This document shows, one piece after another, positions 1 to 10,681 of a DNA stretch of 46,836 bases. The stretch is from Octopus bimaculoides (taxonomy: Eukaryota): positions 16,677,631 through 16,724,466 of the forward strand of contig NC_069004.1 of assembly GCF_001194135.2 (NCBI RefSeq), written 5' to 3'. Both the position numbers and the translations under genes were made by a program. Position 1 is the first letter of the stretch; every line of letters begins with the position of its first letter. A model generated the notes under the pieces. It was not told where the DNA came from. It ran no database searches and saw only the letters and a list, made by a program, of their open reading frames with translations.

Positions 1-368
1 AACTTATGAAAAGTTTTTGAGTGATGGTAGGGAGGGGTAAAGAGATCCAAATAATTCACACGCTTGAGTTTTTCCTCATAACTTTCAAGAAAATAGGTAT
101 TTCTGATGAAATTTACTACAATTATTTCAAATAGTGTAATTACAATTATATCAGGATTCAATGTGAAAAAAAAAAAAAAAAGGAAAATATTCCAGTTCTT
201 TCCTATTTAGCTTTGTGTAGGAATGCTCGTTTTCAGTTATTTGTACCAACCGTAAGTTGACATGACTGCACCTGTTTATTACTCCAAGTACCTAACCATA
301 TGTAGGTGTAGTCTCTTGGAAAATCTACCCCTTGTACACTTGTAAATAATGGATGGACTATCAGCAGG

Positions 369-970
369 ACAATTTTGGGCACTGTCATGCTATTAGCTGT
401 CAGAAGTGAAAGTGCTCACTGCTAGTGAAGTATCTGTCTGTCTGCCTGCATGCCTGTTGCTAGCCTGTCGATTCTTTGGCTACTGACAGCTAATACCATG
501 ACTGGCCGGAGCGAGCTATATGTCTGTCTGTCTCTCTCTCTATCTATCTATCTATTACTCGAAAGTTCGCGCGTCATTTCCTGAAATTGCAAATTATTTA
601 AAATATAAAAATATAAATTTCAACAGAGAGAATTTATCAAAATAGAAAACAAATGAAGTTTGAATTTTAAAAATAATAGGATCGACCACTCACGACTAGC
701 TAGCGCGGACGCGAGTACCCTTATACTCTGTGTTGTGTTTTCAAACGCATGGATATAGGTGTCGAATTTGTTCCAATAACTTTCGAGTAATAGATAGATA
801 GATAGAGAGAGACAGACATATAGCTCGCTCCTGCCAGTCATGGTATTAGCTGTCAGTAGCCAAAGAATCGACAGGCCAGCAACAGGCATGCAGGCAGGCA
901 GACAGATACTTCACTAGCAGTGAGCACTTTCACTTCTGACAGCTAATAGCATGATAGTGCCCAATTTTGT
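369..970. repeat. Foldback/MITE-like inverted repeat (arms about 369-567 and 778-970, spacer about 210 bp)
   Basis: The left arm (...gggcactgtcatgctattagctgtcagaagtgaaagtgctcactgctagtgaagtatctgtctg...ctattactcgaaagtt) is the near-exact reverse complement of the right arm, with few substitutions. Confidence 0.9.
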
Positions 971-1254
971 ATAATGTAGTCTATGTGACATTGGAAAGTG
1001 TATAAATGAACAAAAACCTCAGGTGTCCTCATCATAACATGTACGATTTGTGAAAAGAAATAGTGTGAGTTGTGAAGAAGCATCAAGCATGGTGTGGTTT
1101 TGTCAGAAAAAAAGGCTCATAAGAAATGAAATGGTTTTTGAGATATGTGGAAAAGTATCGTTGGTAATATGTGAAACAGTTTTGGTAAGAATAGTTGTTT
1201 CTTTTTGTATAAAAGCCCATAATTATTAAAGCAGTTGGTGTGATTTATTTTTGA

Positions 1255-3955
1255 AACACTAATATTGATTCAGTGAAAGTTGCTAAAGAATGCAAATTTG
1301 GGCAAAACCAGAACTGTTTGTTCTCGACACATATGTGTTGATATTGGGTTCAGAGCAATCTTACTGTTTATTGGGTCAATTTGGATTACAGATAACCACT
1401 TAATGGTGAGAATAGACAGTACTAAGTATTTTTTTTTCAAAAAAGTGTAGTAAAAGAGTCCATTGGAGTGAGAGCACTGAGATGCAAAGAAATATTCCCT
1501 TGAAGAAATTCCAGAGGACATACAGACACACTGCTCAAAATTATTGGAAATAAAATGGCATTCATTCGTATTCAGTCTCAGAGTTGTCACAGAACTGCCA
1601 TTATCTACGTCATTTTCCGTGAGCACATGTCAACTGTAAACACTCCGTTGTACATGTGTGCATGCTTGTTCTGATTGACGTGTCAAAGTGGAAGAGGAAA
1701 CTAATAGGTGTACGTGTATGCATGTGTGTGTGTGTGTGGAGGAAGCAAATGGGTGTAACGTGTGTGTGTATGTGTGCGAGCGTGTTCAGTTTTATGTATT
1801 TGTGTGTGTGTGGAATGTAGATATAACAAAAAACAATGTTGCGTTTTAAACTCGAGAAAAGCCTTGCATATTTGTTCTTACCTGCTTCATTTGTGAATGT
1901 AAAATCTGTAAATTTCCAAGAAGAAAACGAGATCAATGTCGAAAAAGCCGTATTAGTTATAATAGTCCATGTGTTTTTTTTAACCATCAAGGAACCGAAA
2001 TATTGCAACATGCACGGAGAAAAGGAAGAAATGTAAATTAACACTATTGATTAAAGAAAATGCAAAAGAAAGAAATATAAATGACATTGATTTCTATTAC
2101 TTTTAAAGCTAAATTAAATAAAATTTATGGAACGCATTTTATGAAATTCATAAAAAAACATGTTTTGAAATGGTAAATTAAACAGTATAATACTGTCTAA
2201 TGCATTTTATGAAACTCATAAAAGCATTCCTTGTGTTGTATTGTTGTCAACAAAATTCTGGTGAGCCAAGATTCTTAGCATCAAGTCACATGACCCAGTG
2301 GTTTGTCAAATTAGTTGCAGTTATTGGTCAGTTTCAACTGTCCAGTTGTGGGTTTACAACAATTTGTTCCCAACACAGGAAAAAAACCCATCTGTCTGTG
2401 AAGCCACCCTATGCTTATATAAACACCAGTTTTCAGCCTCATTTTCTCTTATTTTCTAAATTATAGGATCAGCTCCAACACACTTGCATCCAACTTTGAC
2501 CATTAGATTTCAGAATGCATGGACAATATCGGATTGTTGAATCAGTCATTGCTATTAATGATTTGACACAAGAAAATTACATTCTGAGTGACATTCAAGT
2601 TATTCAAGTCATAACAAACAACATGACTTTGACAATCCAATTCCTGGCATGTATGGGATTGATCCACAATTCTTCCAAGTGTTGTAATGAGCCTATGTTC
2701 CTTACACCGCAAAAAACAGTATCTGAAGGAAGAATGTGGAGATGTTCCATTTGCAACCGGTATCAGAGCTAAAGGCAAGATTCCTTTTTCCCGGGTGCCC
2801 ATCTGCCATTGATGTGGCTTGTAAATTTGATCTATTACTGGGCCAAAATGGACTGTAAACAGTTTGTTGTGATGAAGCAAGTTGGGGGTTGCATCAGAAG
2901 CAATTATTAACCGGTACAATTACTTCCGTGACATTTGTGCCACGTGGTACATCAACAATCATGTCCAACTTGGGGGATGGGATGTTGTGGAAATTGATGA
3001 ATCCAAGTTTATGCACCAAAAGTACCATCACAGTCGTTACTAGGAAGGCCACTGGGTACTTGGAATGGCAGAACGTAACACTTTAAGATGTGTTTTAGTT
3101 CCTATCCCAGACAGAAGTGCCACCACATTATTACCAATAATTAATGAACATGTGCTGCCAAGAACTAAGTTTGTAACGGACTGCTGACAAGCATACAATG
3201 CTTTCTCAAATCATTCCAGAGCGAACCACAGTGTGAATTTTGTCGACCCCCTCAATCTATACGGTGGAGGGGATGTGGAGTCACATTAAGAGGAAATATC
3301 CTAACATGCATGGCACCTCAAATGCACTATTTTCTACTTATCTATTAGAATTTTGTTGGCGACAATACAACACAATGCTTTTATGAATTTCATAAAATGC
3401 ATTATTTATTTATTTATTTATGTGTTTCAGCCAAGTGGCTGCGGTCATGCTGGTGCACCACAAGACAGTATTATACTGTTTAATTTATCATTTCAAACAT
3501 GTTTTTTTATGAATTTCATAAAATACATTGTACAGTTCCATAGATCTTGTTTAATTTAGCTTTAAAATGCAACATTGTTTTTGTTATATCTACATTCCAC
3601 ACACATAAATACATAAAACATAACATGCTTGCACACACACACACACATACACACACACACACGTACACCCTTTAGCTTCCTCCACACACAAATGCATAAA
3701 AACAACATGCTCACATGCGCATGCGTGCACACACACACACACACATTAACTTCCTCTTCTGCTTCGACATGTCAAGCAGAACAAGCATGCACACACGTAC
3801 ACAGAAGTGTTTACAGTCGACAAGACAACATGTGCTTTCAAATCCTGTTTTCTGACTGGATAAAAATCTTTCACGGAAATTGAAGATAATGGCAACTCTG
3901 AGACTGAATACGAGTGAATGCCAATAAAATTGCTTGTGGATCAATATTAATGTTA
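1255..3955. mobile_element. Merlin element region with long inverted arms (about 1255-2258 versus 3346-3955)
   Basis: Reverse-complement blocks: 1791-1850 vs 3561-3620; 2101-2258 vs 3346-3567; 1551-1635 vs 3825-3922; 1256-1269 vs 3940-3953. True termini and TSD were not identified. Confidence 0.75.
2515..3483 (+). pseudogene. Merlin-superfamily (IS1595/ISXO2-like DDE) transposase pseudogene
   Basis: Manual translation across stops and frameshifts: N-terminal Cys motifs (KCCNEPM...MWRCSICNRYQS*RQDSFF...LIYYW), then YNYFRDIC...QLGGWDVVEIDESKF...HWVLGMAER...PDRSATTLLPII...FVTDC*QAY...NHSVNFVDP...[10 protein letters not shown]...YLLEFCWR...[35 protein letters not shown] and EG.W are the hallmark ISXO2-like motifs. 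Confidence 0.9.
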
Positions 3956-4787
3956 ATATGCCTGGGGGAAGGAATACTCCATAGGAGTGTTCTGTATACT
4001 AAATACAAAGAAATGATTAAATTTGAGAAAGTGGTACAGGTGTGGCTGTGTGGTTAAGAAGATTGCCGTGCAGTTATGTGGTTTTGGGTTCTATCCCACT
4101 ACACACTTATCTTTGACCAAAGTCTTGTCTGTAAAATTTGGTAAATGGAAATGAATGTGGATGTTTCACTTTTTTGACTTAATTTTTCGCATGTTTTAAC
4201 ATCACCTCTCTGGTCTTTTTGTGTACCTTTTAGCAAGGACCAGTCTGTTACAAGCATAAGGGCCTAGACTGTGGCCTGCAGACAGCAATCTCCCTTTCTA
4301 CCAGCATCCTGAGTGGCTCAGTAAAGTATCATGTGGATGTGTAATTTATTTTCCCTTTGTTTACATACAAGTAAACTGATTGCAAACTTAAGTGTTTTTT
4401 ACATTTGACTAAGCACTGAGAAAGCTTAACTCAGTGGAGATATATTCTTGATCTCTTCCATTTTCCCCACTTATGTCTAAACCTTTGAATGAATAAAGCA
4501 GAAAGTAATTTTACTTTTTACACTTTTAATGGTTCAGCTTTATGTCCACATAAAATTGCTGTCACTCAACCCACTAGTAATATTAGCTAAATCCACTGAC
4601 ATCAAAATAACATACTTTAATGGTATGCTTAATAATGTACCTAATTGTGGCAAATAAACACTGACTAAAGGCAGTAAGGAGCTAAATGCTTGCACTATGG
4701 TTAACTATAACTTCTGGAGAGACTTGATATTTTGGGAAATAAGCTGAATGGTGGATAGATAGCAAATCCAAAAGACTAAACACTGCT

Positions 4788-5005
4788 TTAACCCATTAGC
4801 ATTTAAACTGGCCAAAATTTTTTACCAGTTTTATGTTCAAACCAGCCCAAGCTGGCCTTTTACACTTACCCTACACTGTCATTCTAAAAATAAACAATCA
4901 CATCATTGAATTTTTGCAGCTACGAGATAATGTATGATTAATTCAAAACAATGTGAATAAATAAGGATTTCATTGGACAGAATAATGTGAATGCTAAAGG
5001 GTTAA
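4788..5005 (-). mobile_element. piggyBac-type MITE (TTAA-CCCTTTAGCA termini)
   Basis: Runs ttaacccattagcatt...aatgctaaagggttaa, about 220 bp; same family found repeatedly in the window. Confidence 0.8.
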
Positions 5006-5049
5006 AACATCCTGAATGCAAATGGAATTAGAATACAACATAATTTACC

Positions 5050-5269
5050 TTAACCCTTTAGCATTCAGATTACACTGTCAAGTGTAATGCTTATGTATTC
5101 ACATTGTTTTGAATTAATCATGCATTATTTTTTGAGATTTCAATGATGTGATTATTTACTTTGAGAATGACATAGCAGGGTAGGTGTGAGAAGCTGGATC
5201 TGGCAAATTTAAATATAAAACAGAGAATATTTGGGCCAGATATAGCCGGTTTAACTGCTAAAGGGTTAA
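5050..5269 (+). mobile_element. piggyBac-type MITE, opposite orientation to 4788-5005
   Basis: Runs ttaaccctttagcattcagattac...actgctaaagggttaa. Confidence 0.8.
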
Positions 5270-5280
5270 TGTATCTAGAC

Positions 5281-5544
5281 CAGTGGTTCTTAACTGGGGT
5301 CCATATAACCCCTGGGGGTCCACATAAGATTTTATTGTTAAAATTTATCTGCAATAAATTGGTTATACTTCTACAATACCAAAATATTTAAACATTTTTT
5401 AAAAAATATATAATTCCTAATAATATTTAATCATAAAAATATAATGGGAATTTTTAAACATTGAATGGCTATGAGGATCTCCACTCCATGAGTAAAACTA
5501 GAATCAAAGGGGATCCATTGGCAAAAAATGGTTGAGGATTACTG
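5281..5544. mobile_element. hAT-like MITE
   Basis: Termini cagtggttcttaac and gttgaggattactg form an imperfect TIR; degenerate 8-bp flanks atctagac / atctggct. Confidence 0.55.
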
Positions 5545-6414
5545 ATCTGGCTTGTCCAACAATGGAAAAGCCGATATTGAAAAATGATGATGATCTTTGT
5601 GTAATTGATATATGAATCTCCACTGAATTTATTTCTGGTTACATTCACTGCATATGTGATACTGATTTTTCCGCTGCTAAATAAACTGGAGAATGTAGAA
5701 TTTAATATTTTCATTGTTGGTTAGCCTGAAGTTCCATATCTGTGTTAATATATTTCAGTTTAATTCTATCTTATGATGGCCCACATTAAAATGCACCTCT
5801 AAATTTCACTGTACTTGACCAGTTGAGTCAAAATGTCTCAATCACAAAAGCATGTTGTCACATATTCCATTGTTTTATAGCTACTGAAATGGTATCATGA
5901 AGTGTGCTGCTCAATGTCACCAAACACATGCCCTTTTCTTTCCATTGAAATCACCACCATTATAAAAAAAAAAGAAGAAAAACCTATCAAGTTTCACTGC
6001 TGAACTATTTAGAATTATTTTAAATATTTTCACAGTTTGGTTTGAATTTCTTTGAAATTTCTGAAATCAGTTTAAGTCAACTTAAAATCTGTCTCAAGAC
6101 AAGAGGCCTACTAGGCCAGTGTTTATCTCAGTTTCTGTGATGTTTAAGTGATTGGCTGTACAAGACTCCTTTTTAAACAAGACAGTCTTGTTCAAAGAGC
6201 TGTTACTGATACCCATTTTCTGCTGAATAGACTGAAGTGGCATAAGATGAAGTGGTTTGTTCAAGTATACAATGCTCTATTTGGTCTGAGAATCAAACCA
6301 TGACCTAACAGTTGTGGGGCCAACACCTAAACTGCTATGCTGCACACTAGTTCCTGAGTCAAATTTGGGTTTATCTCATGTAGGATTGATGAGCTCTTTC
6401 TTTTTTTGTTTCAG

Positions 6415-6549
6415 TCTTTGCTGCCAGTGTGGTATAGCAATTGAAGCGAACCCTTCCAACATGTGCGTCAACTGTGTTAGAACCGAAGTTGACATCACTG
6501 AAGGTATACCAAAACAGTGCGTTATATACTTCTGTAGAAAATGTGAAAG
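6415..6549 (+). CDS. NMD3: NMD3 coding exon, first one found (LCCQCGIAIEANPSNMCVNCVRTEVDITEGIPKQCVIYFCRKCE)
   Basis: Acceptor ttgtttcag, donor AG/gtaatt; 135 nt, phase 2-2; matches the NMD3 N-terminal zinc-binding Cys motifs. Confidence 0.96.
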
Positions 6550-6639
6550 GTAATTTCATTGATTCATTTTTGTTTTATGTTTGTGTCAGGTGTAGTGTTA
6601 TAATTTAGTGGTTAGTGACTTTTACAACATGCTTGAATG

Positions 6640-6895
6640 TAGTACTATTATAAACTAGTTTAATATGGTTTTAGCTGTACTGTAATCTAATTTACTATGC
6701 CAGTGTACTTACTGTAAACTAGTCTAAATGGTATTATATTGTATTACAATCCAGTTTAATATGGTACTGTACTGTAAACTAGTTAAATTGGTACTGTACA
6801 CTGTACCTTAGCCATGTTTAATATAGTACAATACTGTATTATAACCTAGTTTAATATACTGACACTAATGTGTCCCACTTTAATATGGTTTTATT
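6640..6895. repeat. Degenerate minisatellite, unit about 28-30 bp (actgtaaactagtttaatatggtactgt-like)
   Basis: Recurrent ctagtttaatatgg and actgtactgtaaa motifs. Confidence 0.65.
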
Positions 6896-7421
6896 GAATG
6901 CTTTGTTTTTTTATTTTAGATGTATTATTTAACTTACAACAATGTTGCACTACTCTGTAGCATGGTGTAACACTATGTAAGGCAGAATATAAAGATCTTT
7001 AAGTTTCTGTTTTAGGCACAAAGCCAACAAATTTGAAGGGAAAGGGTTAGTTCATACCCTTATTCTCAGTACTTGACTGGTACTTGAGAGAAAAGGGGTT
7101 GGTGGTATTGCTTCCCACCAAACTTCAAAATTGAGGGCCTTGTTGCTTAATACAGACATTTTAGTTTCTCTAGCTCACAGGCCACAGCAGTTGGTGAGCT
7201 GCCATTTTGTACTTTTAATACAACAAAAGCATATGACCACTTGCATCCTTCCCTTTCACTTGTTATTTTAGTCAGTCAAAAATTTTGATCATTCAAAAAC
7301 TAGTGTGTTAGGCCATATTTATGGCTGTTTGAGATTGATACCTTATTTATTTCTGTATAATACACGTGCATAATGCATAGCCCTTAATATGGGCAATGAA
7401 ATCCCAGAAAAGTAGAATACA

Positions 7422-9446
7422 GTCGTCATCATCATCATCATCATTGTTTTATGTCCACTTTCCATGCTGGTATGGGCTGGATGGTTTGACTGAGGACTGG
7501 CAAGCTGGGAGGCTGCACCAGGCTCCAATCTGATCTGGCAAGGTTTCTACAGCTGGATGCCCTACTAACACCAACCTCTCCAAGAATCTAGTGGGTACTT
7601 TTTATGTGCCACTGGCATCGACCAGGCTTGAATGGTGCTTTTTATGTGCCACCGGCACAGGTGCCAGTCAGGCAGTACTGGCATTGGCCATGACAACGAT
7701 TTCACTTGACTCAACAGGTCTTCTCAAGCATAGCATATTGCCCAACAAGTGAAGGAAACTCTTAAATGGGCTGGGTTATGTGACACTAGCATAGGCCCCA
7801 GCTACACTCTTACTCGGCTTGCTAGGTCTTCTCAAGCACAACATATCTCCAAAAGTTTTGGTCATCTGTGAGACCCAATGTTTAAAGGTCATGCTTCACA
7901 GCCTCATCCCAGGTCTTCCTGAGTCTACCTCTTCCACAGGTGCCCCCCCCCCACTGATAGTGTGTGACACTTCTTCACACAGCTGTCCTCATCCANNNNN
8001 NNNNNCCCCACTGTTAGTGTGTGACACTTCTTCACACAGCTGTCCTCATCCATACATAGCACAAGACCCTATCAGCACAGTTATCTCTCTTGCACACCAC
8101 ATCTGCTGCTTCTTATGTTCAACTTTTCTCTCAGGGCGCTTACACTGTCGTGTATGTACACTGGCATTACACATCCAGCAGAGCAGACTAGCTTCATTTC
8201 TTTCTAACCTACATATGTCCTCAGCAGTCTTAGCCCATGTTTCACTGTCGTGTAGCATGGCTGTTCGCACACATTCCTCATACTTTTCACTCTGAATGAG
8301 AGGCCCGTTGTTACCAGCAGAAGTAGGAGCTCTCTGAACGTTTCCCAGACAATTCTTATTCTAGCAGCTATGCTTTCAGAGTATCCACCCCTGCTACTGA
8401 CTTGGAAGCTATCAACTACTTTTAGTTTTCTCCCCTGGCATGTGATGGAAGTTGTTTTCTGCACATTTTCAGTGCTTATTGCCTCTGTACACACAAAAAC
8501 TATTTTCCTAGTTAGCCTTCCTTTGATATTGCTGCACCCCTTATGTGTCTATAGCTTACACCAGGTACATCTTATGGAGTTTCTACCTACGCCTTTCCTA
8601 CAGATCGAGGAGGACCATCTGCCTGAAGGGATTTGTGGTTTGTCTGCCTTCCTACTTACTAAAACTTTGGTTTTTGCTAGATTGACTCTAAGGCCTTTCA
8701 ATTCTAGACCTTGCTTCCACATCTGAAACTTCTCCTTTAGTCTGATAGTGACTCAGCTATTAGAGCAAGGTCATCAGCATAGAGGAGCTCCCAGGGGCAT
8801 CCTATTTTGAATTCTTCTGTTATTACTTGGAGAACTATGATGAATAAGAAGGAACTGAAAAATGATCCTTGGTGGACTCCTACTTCTATCCAAAATTCTT
8901 CACTATACTTGTTGCCAACCATCACCTTAGTGACAGCATTCCTGTACATGGCTTGTACAGCTCTCACTAACCTCTCATCTTTCCCTAGTTTCTGCATTGA
9001 CCGCCAGATAAGAGATCGGGGGATCCTGTCAAAGGCTTTCTCCATGTCAATGAAAGCCAAGTGCAGAGGTTTATCTTTGGTTAGGAATTTCTCCTGCAGC
9101 TGTCTTACCAGAAATATAACATCAGTGGTGCTTCCCCCTGGCACAAACCCGAACTGCATCTCGTCTAAACTAACTCTCTCCCTAATTAGTTGGGCTATGA
9201 CCTACTCCGTGACTTTCATCAACTGATCCAACAACTTGATACCTCTGTAATTATTCCCATCTAATGTGTCACCTTTACTTTTGTAGCAGTTGACTATGGT
9301 GCTGCTCCACCAGTCATTGGGTATGACTCCTTTTTGTATCACCTGATTGACTATACAGGTGACTAGATTATAGCCTACACCGCCAGATATTTTAAGCATC
9401 TCTGCATTGATTCCTGATGGGCCAGGGGCTTTCCTTGTCTTCATAT
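7422..9446 (-). mobile_element. 5'-truncated RTE-clade LINE (RT domain, C-terminus, 3' UTR, (GAT)n tail)
   Basis: ORF 8737-9159 has QFGF...AFIDMEKAFDR...ELLYADDL; neighbouring frames give KAPGPSGI, NYRGIKLL, VDSF and AMLHDSETW; tail gttaaa..gatgatgat at about 7422-7450. Confidence 0.92.
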
Positions 9447-9451
9447 CCCAC

Positions 9452-9726
9452 GGGCATATGGCGTAGTGGTTAAGAGCGCGGGCTACTAACCCCAAGATTC
9501 CGAGTTCGATTCACGGCAGCGACCTGATTAATAATAGTAATAATAATAATAATAATATAATAATAGTAACATCGTTAGGAACGAGAACCCAGGTTCAAAA
9601 TTTCCCCAAGACACCTGATGAAGGCTGGAGAGTATATCAGCCGAAACGTGTTAACAAACAAGATGAGGACAAATATCCGTCAAATGTAAATAATGTAAAT
9701 AATTCCTCATCTCTTAAATATAGAAC
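9452..9726 (+). mobile_element. tRNA-derived SINE with (AAT)n linker and hammerhead-like tail
   Basis: A box TGGCGTAGTGG 9459-9469; B box GAGTTCGATTC 9502-9512; (AAT)n at about 9528-9570; CTGATGA-a-GGCTG-loop-CAGCC-GAAAC at 9615-9647. Confidence 0.8.
9610..9652 (+). ncRNA. Minimal (Penelope-type) hammerhead ribozyme motif, degenerate copy
   Basis: gacac / CTGATGA / a / GGCTG gagagtatat CAGCC / GAAAC / gtgtt. It lacks the 3 nt (gtt) carrying the cleavage triplet that the second copy implies. Confidence 0.6.
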
Positions 9727-10039
9727 AGATAGAATCAGGTACTTGAAAAGATATGCATTAGGTAGGTTTGGATAAACCTGTGGTTCCAGCCTTGGGCTAA
9801 GTATCAAATAGGATATTCCGGTTGTGTACACAAAGATAACCAACCCTATGAGTATTTAGCACCTAGGGGCTGGTCCAGAGCATGCGTTATGTTGAATTGT
9901 ACGTTTGTTTGTATACTCTAGGGTGTCCAATAAGTTGTAAATCCCCTTGGTGTATTATAATCAAATAAATAATAACAGGCTATAACGGATAATTATCTAT
10001 CGTATGTTATTAATCATTTGATTATATATATATATATAT

Positions 10040-10182
10040 NNNNNNNNNNNNNNNNNNNNNNNNNNNNNNNNNNNNNNNNNNNNNNNNNNNNNNNNNNNNN
10101 NNNNNNNNNNNNNNNNNNNNNNNNNNNNNNNNNNNNNNNNNNNNNNNNNNNNNNNNNNNNNNNNNNNNNNNNNNNNNNNNNN
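10040..10182. other. Assembly gap (N run) next to an (AT)n microsatellite
   Basis: Run of n characters. Confidence 0.99.
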
Positions 10183-10357
10183 TATAAGAAGTTATTATAC
10201 AAACTCTTGTATCTATTCTAAATATGTGAATTCTGATTAATAGAATAAATAATGGCAACTCTGTTGTCAATTTCTTTAATACTTTGGATTCTTTTTTACT
10301 TATAGGTAATTCTGATACAAACTTTATGGATTGAGTTTCTTGTCTCTTTCTTCGCAG

Positions 10358-10451
10358 ATATCTGCAACCACCTGCCACTTGGGTATCTGCACAGTTGGAA
10401 TCGAAGCAACTGTTGAAAATCTGTTTGAAAAAACTAAAAGGCCTTAATAAG
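10358..10451 (+). CDS. NMD3: NMD3 coding exon (YLQPPATWVSAQLESKQLLKICLKKLKGLNK)
   Basis: Acceptor ttcgcag, donor AAG/gtaaag; 94 nt, phase 2-0. Confidence 0.95.
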
Positions 10452-10600
10452 GTAAAGCTGGAAAAAAAAAAAAAAGGTGTTTGAGTTTTATGTACAGGAT
10501 GGAGGTGATTGTTGTATTGTTTTGTATTTTGGATTTATTTCAGCAAGTTTAGAGCTACATCTTTTTTACTAAAAGAGGTCTTAATTCTTCTCATTTCTAG

Positions 10601-10681
10601 GTTAATTTAATTGATGCTGGCTTTATCTGGACAGAGCCACACTCCCAACGGATCAAGCTGAAGTTAACTATACAGAAAGAA
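10601..10681 (+). CDS. NMD3: NMD3 coding exon (VNLIDAGFIWTEPHSQRIKLKLTIQKE)
   Basis: Acceptor tttctag, donor GAA/gtgagg; 81 nt; conserved FIWTEPHS motif. Confidence 0.97.

Noticed and set aside
221-251. AG-flanked mini-exon with ATG (MLVFSYLYQ) and gtaagt donor in the right phase for NMD3
   Set aside because: No resemblance to the MEY...I leader of NMD3 homologues, and the junction codon would be Pro rather than Ile.
7951-8050. Direct duplication of about 48 bp around a 10-N gap
   Set aside because: Near-identical sequence on both sides of a scaffold gap is a typical unmerged contig overlap.
9452-9525. Possible tRNA gene
   Set aside because: No proper acceptor stem and no T-run terminator; it continues into a repeat body, so it is treated as a SINE head.
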